From the NCBI RefSeq assembly GCF_006345805.1, contig NC_043016.1, forward strand, positions 3,410,001 through 3,474,000: 64,000 nucleotides of DNA, given 5' to 3'. The translations under genes and the position numbers were made by a program. Numbering within the stretch: the stretch's first letter is position 1; every line of letters begins with the position of its first letter. Below are positions 42,520 through 54,753 of the stretch, in pieces. A model generated the notes under the pieces. The model searched no databases and was not told where the DNA came from. It was given only the letters and a program-made list of their open reading frames with translations. This DNA comes from Octopus sinensis (taxonomy: Eukaryota).

Positions 42520-45500
42520 CTTGTCTCCCTTTCGTGTGCAAAACACAACTTTCGACAGGAACATGCTCAAAATAAGTAGTATAAATGTACGTGGCTTGGG
42601 GACCTTGGAAACAAGGCGACCTGCTAAACGACATCAAGTCACAAAATTTGCATATCATAGGCATCAACGAGACCAGACTCCACAACCCGCGGGCCCTCCA
42701 GCACGTGTTCGGCGCACATTTCGACATCTATTTTTCTCCGTGTCTGCCGAGAATGGGCGGAGGAGGTATCGCGGTGCTTCTTCAGAAGAGTCTGCACCTC
42801 AAAGTGAGAGCAATTTTCCTAGACCTGGAGGGTAGGCTGGTCGTTGTGGATGTCGATGGCAGCAATGGGTGTGCTTTTCGACTGATAACAGTTTATGCAC
42901 TGTCCTTAACAGGTCGGCCAGATTTCTTTCGACATCTAGAGGTTTTCCCGGGAACGTCTCCACCTTTACTTTTAGTGGGGGATTGGAATGCTACCCTGGA
43001 CATGCATCTAGACTACGTGGGCAGAGATAGTAATAGGAGGGGAAGCAAATGCCTCAAAGACCTGCTCAGACGTTTCCAACTGTCTGACAGGTACCGACTG
43101 GATGACCCGAATGTGCCGATGTGGACATGGAGCAACCGCATCGGGTCGTCTAGATCGTACTTAGATAGAATATTCTGTAGGACTGTGGATAAGGATAGTG
43201 TACATTGTCCACATTTCCACATAGTCAGTTGCACAGACCACAAATTTATGACTTGTACACTTGACTTAGATAAGACACATAGGCAGGGTCCTGGTTACTG
43301 GAAGCTGAACGCGTCTTTCACGGCACGACAGCCTTACAGGGATCGGATTAGCAAATTAGTTAAGAGAGCATTGATGGGTGACATCGTCAACAACAGATGG
43401 TGTTATACCCCAAAGAAAGCAATTAAAGCAGAATCGGTTAGGTACAGTAAGGGCCTAGCATTAGATCCAAATAGAATAGAGGGAGACCTAGTTAAGAAAT
43501 CAGAAAAGACACTCAGAACTGGCATCACGTCCAACGTACTGGCGGCGAGGTTGCCGTCGACCAACACTTCAGCGTCAAACACCAAGGATGCGTTGTCAGA
43601 GCTAGGGAATGCTTGCTCTGAGGAACGAAGGAATTGGAGCCACCCGAGAGGCCCGAGTGGCGGAGGCACAACGAGGCAACAGAACCACCATCAAGTCTCT
43701 TACAGATGAACAGGGGCGCGAAGTACTCGATCCTGAAAGGATGTGTAAGGCCTTTCACCAACACTTTGCCCAACTTTTCGGGACAACTGTTGGGTCAGAA
43801 CGCAGGGTCGACTTTAGTGCCTACCTGCATGGCCTGCCACGACTCTCAGCAAGAGAGGCGGTGTGCTGTGAAAGACCCATCACAGCCAGAGACGTACGGG
43901 ATGCGATGGCAGGCTGCGCAGGAGACAAGTCAACAGGCTTGGATGGTTTGCCCTAGAAACTTTATTGTCATATGGCAGACTTTTTTGGAAGCGTCTTGGC
44001 AGCTGTCTACTGCAACTGGCCTTTGTAAAGTGAGGAACTGTGGCACATCTAAAGAAACAAGGGGAAAGTCATAGAAAACTTCAGGCCCATCACTCAGCTC
44101 AACGCAGATTTAGTGTTAGCAAAGAGGTTGGCGCATGTCATCCAAAACCTAGTCGACAAGACGCTAACGTGTGCCATGCCGGGTAGGAATATCCATGACA
44201 ACTTCTATCTGATGCGCTACATCATAGACAGGGTAGTTAAGGAACCTGACATAGGTGGGGCACTGATCAATTTGGATCAATCGAAAGCTTTCGATAGGGT
44301 AGACCATCACTACTTGGAGGCTGTCCTTAAAGAGGCTGGTTTCGGTCCCATCTTCCGCGGTTGGATCGCTGCCTTATACAGCGGCATCCGCTCGGTAGTT
44401 CGCGTAAATGGTCATCTATCCAGACCTTTTAACATCATGCGTTCGGTTCGTCAAGGATGCCCCCTCTCATCATTTATGTATGTATTGACTCTTGAGCCAC
44501 TACTGCGAAAGCTGGTGACGCTGAGGGGCATCCCTCGAGAGCTGGGATGCGGGAGGAGCGTGTCTGCATACGCAGACGACGGCACCGTCATAGTGCCGAG
44601 AGACAAAGACATCGACCTGTTTCGGCGAGACACTATAAGAATACGAAGCGGTAACGGGAGCAAAAATTAACAGGGAAAAGTCAGTGGGCTTGCGGCTCGG
44701 CACCTGGAGAAGCAAGCTCATGTCATCCAACAGCGTCTCCATCGTGGGATGCTGGATGGAGGGCTAGGCATGCCGTGGTTAATGATGCGCAGACATGCGC
44801 TGAGACATCGACATCTCCGGCGCTTCAAAGACGATGGTGAAAAGGTGTGGTCGCCTTTTGTGCGACGCGTTTTCCTGCAGCTAGTCTCCTTTGCAGACCT
44901 ACAATCGTGGATCAAACAGAGACCAAGGCTAGGCGAATGGCACCGCGAGTGTTGCGTTGCTCTCAAGCAACTCTGCCATCCGGGACCAAACTTGTGCGAC
45001 TTCATTACAACAAATGCGTTCTATAGAAGATTAGTGGAGGGGAGGTGCGACGACGTTCTCGGGCAGAATCTGGGCGTCGACGAGAGACACTTGACCCGAC
45101 TGTTTAGGACAACTTTCGGGCCGGGACATTTGGACAATCACCAAAGATCTCTGGCCTGGCAGTGCTATCGAGAAGCATTACCTGTTCGGGATAAGCTCTA
45201 CAGGCACGGTTCGAGACACACTGGACCGATTTTCCCGAGATGCGGTCAGAGCGACGAAACCGTTCTGCACGCACTCGTGCAATGTCCATCCATTTCGGAC
45301 CTGTGGGTTTATTCCGAACGGCTGCTGTCACGTGTGGGACGAGTCCGCCTGTCGGCCGAGTCTATCGTGAAAATAGAGCCACCTTCCCTCAACCGGGAAA
45401 GCAAGGCAGTTTTCATCATACTGGTGGCTGTGGTGAAAGAATGTGTGTGGGGGACTCGAGCGAAAGGATTAGAGACAAACACTTACCTCTCTGGCCAATC

Positions 45501-45920
45501 GCTCATCAACTTTTTCAAGTACCAAAAAAAATTGGGTGAATGCTGCAAAGATGGTGCGTGCGAGTGACGAAACGATTTTGAGCATGATCTTGTAAATCGT
45601 AAAAGAGAGAGAGAGAGAGAGAGAGAGCACTTTGCTCTCATATGTTTTATTTCCTCCATGCCTGAGGTTACCGTGGTCTTTTCTGTAGGCTTTTCTTTCC
45701 ACGGATGAACCTAATCTTGTTTGTTACTTTAAAAAAAAAATTCTTTCTTTCTGTGATACACGATCCCTTTTTATCGCTTTTTTTTTTCTGATCCCTTTTG
45801 ATCGAAATTTTATATTTGTTTCCTTTTTTCTTTTTTCCTTTCCCATCTCCGAAGAGTAAAGCTCTACGTTTGTAATTGTCCCCTCTGTGTCCAGCCCTGT
45901 TTGGCCAATAAAGAAAGTTA
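42520..45920 (+). mobile_element. Tx1/L1-type LINE copy 3 (ORF2 from its start; more divergent; internal deletions)
   Basis: ATG at ~42563 giving MLKISSINVRGLG; LLVGDWN, SRSYLDRIF, GPGYWKLN, LDQSKAFDRVDH, SVRQGCPLS, AYADD. Ends ccaataaagaaag followed by (TATC)n. 42340-42500 may be the end of ORF1. Confidence 0.92.
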
Positions 45921-45924
45921 TCTG

Positions 45925-46000
<76 letters not shown>

Positions 46001-46079
46001 ATCTATCTATCTATCTACTGTCTGTCGTCTGTCTGTCTGTTGTCTGTCTGTCTGTCTGTCTGTCGTCATCTATCTAGTT

Positions 46080-46340
46080 CAAATGTACGAAAAATAAAAG
46101 GCAGAGACAGGTGAGCGAACAAGATGTTTTAGTTTGACGCCCCGGAAGAATAGAAGTTCTTGGTATTTCGAGCCTACGCTCTTCGACAGAAAAGAATGAG
46201 GAAAGGAAACGGAAAAAAGAAGAAAGCAAGAAAAGAGAAGTGGAAAGAACGTGTTTAGATTAATAGTTTCAAACGCCGAAATGACCAGAAAGAGAGTTCG
46301 AATGGAAGGTGAACTAATATTGACCTGCATAAACTGTGTG
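46080..46340 (-). mobile_element. Short element with a decayed hammerhead motif
   Basis: Minus strand tttt CTGTCGA agagc-gtag-gctc GAAA taccaagaa; same GAGC/GCTC stem II as 53841-53871. Confidence 0.55.
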
Positions 46341-46744
46341 ATCGCAAGCGCACGTGTGTATGGTGATGTATATGCGTGTGGGAACAAACAAGTGTCTATG
46401 TGTGGGCAAGCCTAAGATTATGAGAATACATATGGAATCGTTTGTATGTATGTGTCTGAATAAACAAACTAAGTGCGCTGTGGGAGTGATGTGTGCATGT
46501 GTGCTCAGTGTATTTATATGTGTGCATAAGTGTGAACGTGTACATATGTGTTTGAATGTGTGAAGCTGTGCAAAGTATCTATGTGTGAGGCTATCAGATG
46601 TGTGTGTATGCAAATGCATGTAAGTAGTATGCAAATGCATGTAAGTAACGTGTACGTGTAAGCTTTGTGTCAGTAGCGTGTGTGCGTGCATGTTTTCGTG
46701 CATGCGTGTGTGTTTGTGCATCAAGGTTTTATGTGTAACACTGT

Positions 46745-47110
46745 AAACCTTCTCGAGGAATGTGAAGACGCAGGCTGGAAAGCGGAGCATTTTCCAATCG
46801 AGGTTGGATGTAGAGGGTATGTTGGACCCAGTGTGAGACGACTGTTGTTACCGTTAGGTCTAACTCATCGTAAGGTAAATACCACCATAACCGATATCCA
46901 AACTACAGTGGAGAAGGTTAGGCACTGGATTTGGGTAAAAAGAGACGATGTGCGATGGCTAGAAGAACATTGAGCTATATTTGATCTAGCTAGCGGGGCT
47001 TGATGTCAGTGAGGTGGCCGGTGCGCATTGATGCCGTCGAAAAGTAGGCTCCGAAACGGTACGCATTCTCTCCTGATGACCCCATACACTTGCGTAGACC
47101 ATGGACGCAT
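46745..47110 (+). mobile_element. Hero/NeSL-like RLE LINE 3' end
   Basis: LLEECEDAGWKAEHFPIEVGCRGYVG...LG...VEKVRHWIWVKR, typical of the C-terminal end of Hero-type ORFs. Confidence 0.7.
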
Positions 47111-47814
47111 TTGAAAGAGAGAAAGGGTGGGTGAGGAAGATGCGAGAGAGAGTAGGTGAGGGAGAAGGGGAAGCAGGTAAGATATATATATGTATGTATA
47201 TATACACACAAACACACACTCATGTATATATTTGAGTGTGTACGTGTATGTATATGTATGTTTACACGTACACACGCGCACATAGACAATATACGTCAAA
47301 TGAACTTAAATTCACGGAAAAGGTTTTAGGACGTACATTATATGTGGTATAAAACCACCAAACTAAATAGTTAAGAAACTAAATAAATTAAATTGTTACA
47401 TGACGCCGATATCTTTTAAAAAATGGTAAAGAAATACACACAATAGAAGTTTTATTTTTTAATTACATCATCAAGAATATTTAATATATACGGTAACCTT
47501 ATATGGCTTTTAAAAAATTATGTTATCAGTAATGGATAATGGCTAGTAATGAAATATTTAGTAATACTGATTGTAATTATGTAAACAGAATAAACTATTA
47601 TGAATCATTAGCACAAATATAATTACTAGAGAATTAGCTAGCTAGACTTAGAAATTAACTTTTTCAATTATAATTTACATAAAATAAAAGAAAAAAAATT
47701 AAGTCTGGATTTTTATAATCATGAATATAATTGTTTACATCACTGTTGCATAGAAGGGGGATGACTAGTAGAACTAGTAGAGTGATGGATTTACTTCAAT
47801 GTGTGTGTGTGTGT

Positions 47815-48365
47815 ATACTAGCCGAACAGACCGTCGTTACTGGGCAATTTTAACAATAGAATGTCTTATATAAATTTTTGTTTATTCCATGTCAGACCCA
47901 TACCCCCCCCCCGACAGATAACCCTTTTGATCAGGACAGATTTATTCAATTTTCCGCAAAAAAAATCTTCGATGAAGATTTTTTCCTTTTTGATTCATTT
48001 ACATGTCTGTCCGACCGGTTCACATGACATTTTTCATTAAAACTTATTAAAACTTCAGAGGATTTTACAACTATGGTCGTCGAAATACTTTGCTTTCATT
48101 TGTTTAATAAAGATTGCTCTTCGTAATGATTTTGTTTTCATTTTGTGATAGACTGCTACCATGCAGATAATGTCAGTAATGTTTTTCTGCAATTCTTCTG
48201 GGGCAAATAAATAATAAAATCGGATTTAACGCGGAAAAAGATTTCAATGTACCAAATTTGAAAATTTTGACGTAATTTTAAAATTTCACAATATACCAGA
48301 GACCCTACAAAACTAGAGAGACAGACAGTTATAAGATGTGACACAAACACACGCACACACATTTA
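47815..48365 (+). mobile_element. Possible Helentron/HINE-like non-autonomous element
   Basis: Starts tatactagccgaacagaccgtcgttactgggc; near the end tgtaccaaatttgaa...gacagacag...cacacacattt. A similar start occurs at 787 (tactagcctttttccggttgcactcggg). Confidence 0.4.
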
Positions 48366-49010
48366 AAAACGTACACACAGGCAATCATGAGTTTAAAATG
48401 GTGTATAGTACACATATGCATGTATGTACGTAAACATATGTGTGTCTGTGCGTGTGTGTTTCTTTGTGATGGACAGCAGAAAAGCCACCTTGCCCCTCTC
48501 TTCTTGAAGCTACGTATTCCTCACATTTCTTTAACCTACCCACATTTCCTTTCCTTACTCCACATTTTAAAGGTTACTTATGTGCATGTGTGTGTATGTA
48601 TATGTGTGTGTGAAGTATGTGTGTGTGCAGTGTGTGTGTGTGTATCTGTGTATGTAATCATATATCTATGTATTTACGAAAGTATGTATGGAGTGTCGTG
48701 TGTATATGATAGCTGTATTAACGTTATCAACCCACTGCCACTCCATATTTGTCACTTGCACAACGCTGTTCACCCCTTCCCTGATATCAGTCACACTCAC
48801 TATGTCACTACATTTCCCTCGCATTAACACTCTTTGCACCCTTCTCATTTTATTATATAATTTATATTTTATTATATAATAGCCCAACTCCACTAGGGGG
48901 CTCATTATAGACTTTTGTTGAAATCCAACTCGCCTATAATTGAACTAGATGTTAGTGTAATATGAATGGAAAGTTTCGTGAAGATTGGCTCACTGGTAGA
49001 GGCAAGCAAT

Positions 49011-49049
<39 letters not shown>

Positions 49050-52000
49050 CTTATATTATTATTATTATTATTATTATTATCATTATTATTATTATTATTA
49101 TTATTATCATCATCATCATCATAGTCGTCGTCATCATCATCATCATCGTCGTCGACGTCATCATCATCATCATCATCATCATCATCGTTTTATTATTATA
49201 TTTACAGATCGTAAAATTCGGCACCGCTTGCGTAACGGCAGCAAGCTTTTTGTGAATACATAGTGGTGTGGGTCCGAGTTCCATGTGTCCGCGGCAATCT
49301 TTAGTTTTTCCATCGATGGCTTATATACTCCAATATTAGACTACTTACCTTAGTTAATGCGCGGTAATCACATAAGCTTTAAGCATATAAAATATTATTA
49401 TCATTTAAACACACACACGCACACACACGCGCACACACACACACGCGCGCACACACAGACACATGTTATAACTTCACGTATTTTTCTGAGTTCAAAACCC
49501 TCTTTGCGTTTTATCCACCCTGTGGCTATGAAATATACACCATACTCTTTTCATACGTGATTTAAATGGGTTGTGTGTTTATACATAAATGAGATAAGAG
49601 AAGCACTGAAAGACGAAACCAAAACTTTCAATTATACGAAATATCCCTTTTATGTGGAGAAAGGAAACAAAAACCATTCGGTAATTGTTAGTAACCCATA
49701 GAAACGAGGAGATAATTTCCAAAAGTTATTTTACAAATTATTTCCGGATTAATTCTTATTATCTTCATTTCATTTCTGTGAGCGTAGCTAATAAATGTTT
49801 CAAGGTTTTATTTCAGTTCCGCAAATGCATTATACTGTGTTTATTTTAACTGCTTTTACAGCAATATTTTGATTGAGGGTTAGGGTTAGGGTTAACTAGC
49901 ACGGGTTGCAAATGTTTGGAAGAAATACTGTTATCAAGGATCTAGAAATGGAAATGCATTTAGGCATTTCTAATGTTTAATTATAATAAACTCCATCATT
50001 AGTTCTTTCAAGCGTAATTAACGTATTAACTCTTTACTATGTACTGTCCAGGAAAATGTGACCCCATTTTATTTTAGCAAGGAACGTGTTAGAACAATCT
50101 TTATAGTGGACCTAGAAACTAATCGAATCCACCCAAACAGAAACTGTATTGAGTACTTTAGTAATTCTCACTCTTAAAAAAAAATTCTGCTGGTATTGCT
50201 ACTCCAAACTTTTCTATCACTAACACTTGTTTTATAAACGAAGGATATAATTCCATTTATTCTAAATATAATTCAGTCCTTTTCTTTCGTGCTCTATTCA
50301 TTGTCAAGTAATAAACTTCTTTAATATTTTATTCAATTAAAACTTGTTAAAACAAACCTCAATGTAATATCATTTCCAAATCATTCTTATGTTCCATTTA
50401 TTTCGACATTGCACAAAGACTGGAATCGAACAAGATTTTCGGCGATCGTTTTGCTATATTAAGTATTGTCTTTAAGAGTTTCACTATACCAGAAAAAAAT
50501 AATTGATGACATTTTGCCTCATTAATTTTTACTGCATCAATTTTGACGTAGCTTGCAGCATTAGATTCTTCTCATTGATATCTGCTAGCTGTGTTTAATT
50601 AATACAAAAAAAAAAGGAAAAATCTATAGTTTGAAGCAGTTTCATCTAACCGTTACTCAACCGTTTTAAAGTAATTCATTTTTTTTTATCAAAGTCACTT
50701 TTTCTATGATAATATCTCAAAATATACTGGAACACTAATCGTTTCATTCAACTTAAACTGCATTTAATTTGGTCAAGAACTAAATTAGATAGAAAGCATA
50801 GAGGTGGTTCGAAAACTGTTGCTCTTAAATATATTCTTCACTTACGGCAGTGAGTGAATAATCTCAAACTATAATTACGCAATCTTTGCGTGAATAGTTG
50901 ATATATATATAAATATACATTTCCAAGTGGTTTCTTTCTGAGTATATATTATCTTGGGCCATATACTTTCGAGAACATTGATATCATTTGAAATGATATT
51001 TCTAAAGGTTATCAGTTCAACGGACTATCTCTCCTAGATAAATCTTTCATAAATATTTCTTCACACACACACACTCACACACACACACACCACACACACA
51101 CACCACACACACACACACACAACACACACACAACACACACACACACACAATTGAAGCAAAAATAACTTGCTTGATCAGTTTTCTATCTTCCCAAAAGAAA
51201 CGAAAATAAGTCTCAATATGAAATCCAGGGAGGGATTTAGTTTCCTATAATATCTTTTTAAAGATAATCTATCTAAGTATATTTTTTTTCGGCAGGCATA
51301 TATTTCTGATTTCTAAGGGTGATATGTTTTCAGAAGATAACCTATCTTCAACTATCATTTTGATCAGTTGAAATTCATCACATGTGGCGAATTTTAAAAC
51401 GGAGAAGGTTGAAAATGTTTCTCTTGGAAAATATTTCATATATATATGAGGGGGAAGCTGAACAACCTCCCTAACTCTAACTCTAATCTAATAATAAATA
51501 AAAAAAATGAAACTATTTCTACTTTTAACTATGTTCTCTTGTGGTAGTGTTACTGTTTGTTGTTGTGGTTGCTATTCTTCTTCTTCTTCTTCTTCTTCTT
51601 CTTCTTTCTTCTTCTTCTTCTTCTTCTTCTTCTTCTTTCTTCTTCTTCTTTTCTTCTTCTTCTCTTCTCTTCTTTTTCTCTTCTTCTCTTCTTCTTTTCT
51701 TCTTCTTCTTCTTATTATTATATTATCATCATCATCATCATCAGTTTAACCTTCACCTCAAATTGCTGGCCTTGTGCTAAAATTAGAAACAATTATTATT
51801 GAGTTTGCTTGAGAAAGGCGTCATTGAATTGCCCGTAAATTCGATTAGAAAGTAAATTTGGTTTGTTTTGTACCATTTTGTTATTAAGTCAATCAGCATC
51901 CCTAGAAACCTTTGTTCCTTTCGGGTGAATTTTGATGCAATTCCATAGCGAAGTTACATGTTAGGAAAAAAAAAGAGACAAATTGGTTTCGTAAATGTCG

Positions 52001-52279
52001 AAGCCAAGTACAGTACATTAACCCACAACGAATAAATTACTAATTTCCCTCTATTACCTGCTAGCAGGCATTTATCAACAACAATAGCAATGCCAACAAT
52101 GACACCAACGAAAACAACAAAAGTGAAAGAAAAAAAGTATGACAATGGACCAGCACACCCGCTGCCTCCAGAGCTGTCCGAAACAACAACAGCACAAGAG
52201 AAACAACAATCTGGGTGTAAAGAAGTAGAAAGAAGAAAACCAAGCTGTTGAGCACAGTTAAAAATTCCACCGATACCAG

Positions 52280-52700
52280 CAGCAACATCAGGATCACCAC
52301 CACCTTCACCACAACCACCACCACCACAACCACAATCAACAGCACCACAAACACCGCCTTCACCACACCACCTTCCACCCCCACCACCACCAACCACCAC
52401 CACCACCACCAACCACCATCACCAACCCCACCACAACCACCACCCCCATCACCACCACCACCACCACCTTCACCACACCACCACCACCACACCACCACCA
52501 CCACCACCCCACCACCCATACCACCATCACCACCACCACCACAACCACCACCACCATCACCACCACCACCACCACCTTCACCACCAACCACCAACCACCA
52601 CAACCACCACCACCACCTTCACCACCACCACCACCACCATCACCACCACCATCACCACCATCACCCCCACCACCACCACCACCACCATCACCACACCATA
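52280..52700. repeat. (CAC)n low-complexity tract with higher-order duplications
   Basis: Direct inspection. Gives the poly-Pro/His/Thr pseudo-ORFs. Confidence 0.9.
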
Positions 52701-52899
52701 AATCAAAAACACCATAATTATTTATCCAAAGTTACTGTTTTCGCAAATGCCATGTGAGAGGAGGCAGTAACTAATGCAGCGATTAAACAATTAAAAAGGC
52801 TAAAAATTAAGCGTTCCAGAATCTATCCGACAAGAAACTAACATGTCTTAAAACTGTAGGTTTTAAAATGATGGGAAAAGAAAAGCCGGAGAGCCAGCC

Positions 52900-53375
52900 A
52901 TTCAGCAGCAAATAGGAACGTGCACCAGGTCAGTCTGAAGCATAAAGGACTTGCTGTTAGGGGGTTAAATATTGTACGGCAGTGTTGAGGTTCACAACAG
53001 GGGATGAGACTAGAAGGCATTCCACAATAACATTAAAGATGGATGAATGTGTCTTCAGACACAGTCTACCTTGGCACTAATGTAATAAAGATAAAGATCA
53101 TCGATGTTCGAGCAGAAGTACATGTTTGCTGGTTTGTGGTGGTGGTCCTTATTGAGGTGCAGGACATAACATTCTTTGGGATCAGAGAGTTTCAGAAACA
53201 AAATTGCTTGGCAAAGGAGTTGTAGCAGTGGTGGTGGGGTCAAGAAAGGACCCAAACAATAGAGACAATCTTCGGCTTATGTCTCTGTTAAACACTCAGA
53301 ATTCAAAATTATGGTCAAGGTGTTAACGAAGGGGTTCATGCATGCTATTAATAATCTGGTTGATGATGCGCAAAA
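52900..53375 (+). mobile_element. Old diverged Tx1-type LINE fragment
   Basis: 53266-53373 reads DNLRLMSLLNT/EFKIMVKVLTKGFMHAINNLVDDAQ, compared with DNFRPITLLNADLKILAKVLAKRLALVIEKLVDKA in copy 2. Confidence 0.55.
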
Positions 53376-53569
53376 TTCAACACAATTTCGACACCTCGCG
53401 CCAATGTAGTTAAATTTAATGATGTCTACTGAGGTATAAATGAGTGTAGATGAACGATGAGCACATTAAGAAAATACGAAGGCTCTACAACGGTAGAAAG
53501 GATAAGGTTGGAGGGTGGGGGAGAAAAATATATAAAACAAAAGAGGCGAATAAGGAAGCACACTCATAT

Positions 53570-53613
<44 letters not shown>

Positions 53614-53635
53614 CAGATATACATACAAATGTATG

Positions 53636-53681
<46 letters not shown>

Positions 53682-53836
53682 CATACATACATCCACACTT
53701 ACATACATATATACATGAGAAGTTGTGGCGAAAGAGTCAGCAGAAGTTCGCCACTACATTCAAAATGTGACCGCGTGTGTACCGTTGGCGATTTTTTCCC
53801 TCCGTTTTCCCTTCTCTGAATCTTTCCTTTTCCTAT

Positions 53837-53871
53837 GTTTCTGACGAAGAGCTCCGCTCGAAACGTAAAAC
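53837..53871 (+). ncRNA. Minimal type I hammerhead ribozyme inside a ~260-bp (TA)n-flanked element (53715-53980)
   Basis: gttt CTGACGA a gagc-tcc-gctc GAAA cg TA aaac. Stem I gttt/aaac; stem III is the palindrome ACGT. Confidence 0.7.
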
Positions 53872-53972
53872 CCTCCTCCTTCTTCCCTTCCTTCCTGAGC
53901 GTCCAATAATACTATATTTGTTCCACTCCTCGCGTTGTTGTGTTTTCTCTTTGTGTTTTCATGTTTGGATTA

Positions 53973-54029
<57 letters not shown>

Positions 54030-54174
54030 TATATTTAAATAAAGGTTAAAATTATCCAATGAACTACTGATTCATAACCTTTTTTTGTGAATAGTAATAT
54101 TCATAAAATAATAGTTTTTAGCATAAATTTGGTTTATAAATATTTAAATTACAATCCAGAAAATGGAGATGTAG

Positions 54175-54515
54175 CATTAATATAATTTATTAACTGCAAA
54201 AACTCAACATATTCTCTTACAGCTGTTTCGATTTTGCCCAAAGAATTAAATTCCAGTAATTAAAAACATTATAGTTAGGTTATTAGATGTCATGCCGCCG
54301 TTACGCTATTAGATGTTTCGCAACGAAAGTTAAGATGATTTAGTAGGTAGCATAGGATCTAATAGCCTAACGGTACGTATTTTCTACTCATCTGATGCGA
54401 TTTTGCCTACTTTAAAGTTTTTAATTACTAGAATTTAATTCTTTGGGCACAGTCGAAGGAGCAGTAAGAGAATATGTTGAATTTTTGCAATTAATAAATT
54501 ATATTAATTCTACAT
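54175..54515. repeat. Inverted-repeat element with a PLE-type cgaaacagctgta motif
   Basis: 54175-54268 (...tgcaaaaactcaacatattctcttacagctgtttcga...gcccaaagaattaaattccagtaattaaaaac) is the reverse complement of ~54417-54512. Confidence 0.7.
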
Positions 54516-54622
54516 GTCCATTTTCTGAATTTAAATTTGTATATACATGAAAAAGTAACGCAATAGGAAAGGTGAGGGGATTCTTTCGGACTTACAAAGA
54601 TGTATATAGAAAATAATAATAA

Positions 54623-54700
<78 letters not shown>

Positions 54701-54720
54701 ACTACTACTACTACTACTAC

Positions 54721-54734
<14 letters not shown>

Positions 54735-54753
<19 letters not shown>

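Noticed and set aside
46607-46650. Two tandem ATGCAAAT octamer motifs
   Set aside because: A local ~21-bp duplication inside decayed (TG)n sequence, not near an snRNA gene.
47045-47085. ccgaaac...ctgatga in the Hero-like 3' UTR as a type II hammerhead
   Set aside because: Flanking stems I and II could not be paired convincingly.
49876-49894. Telomere-like gggttagggttagggtta
   Set aside because: Only about three units. Such short interstitial runs are common and do not indicate a telomere or fusion site.
52061-52757. Pro/His-rich and Gly/Val-rich ORFs resembling extensins or formins
   Set aside because: Translation of a (CAC)n tract, with no domain or splice support.
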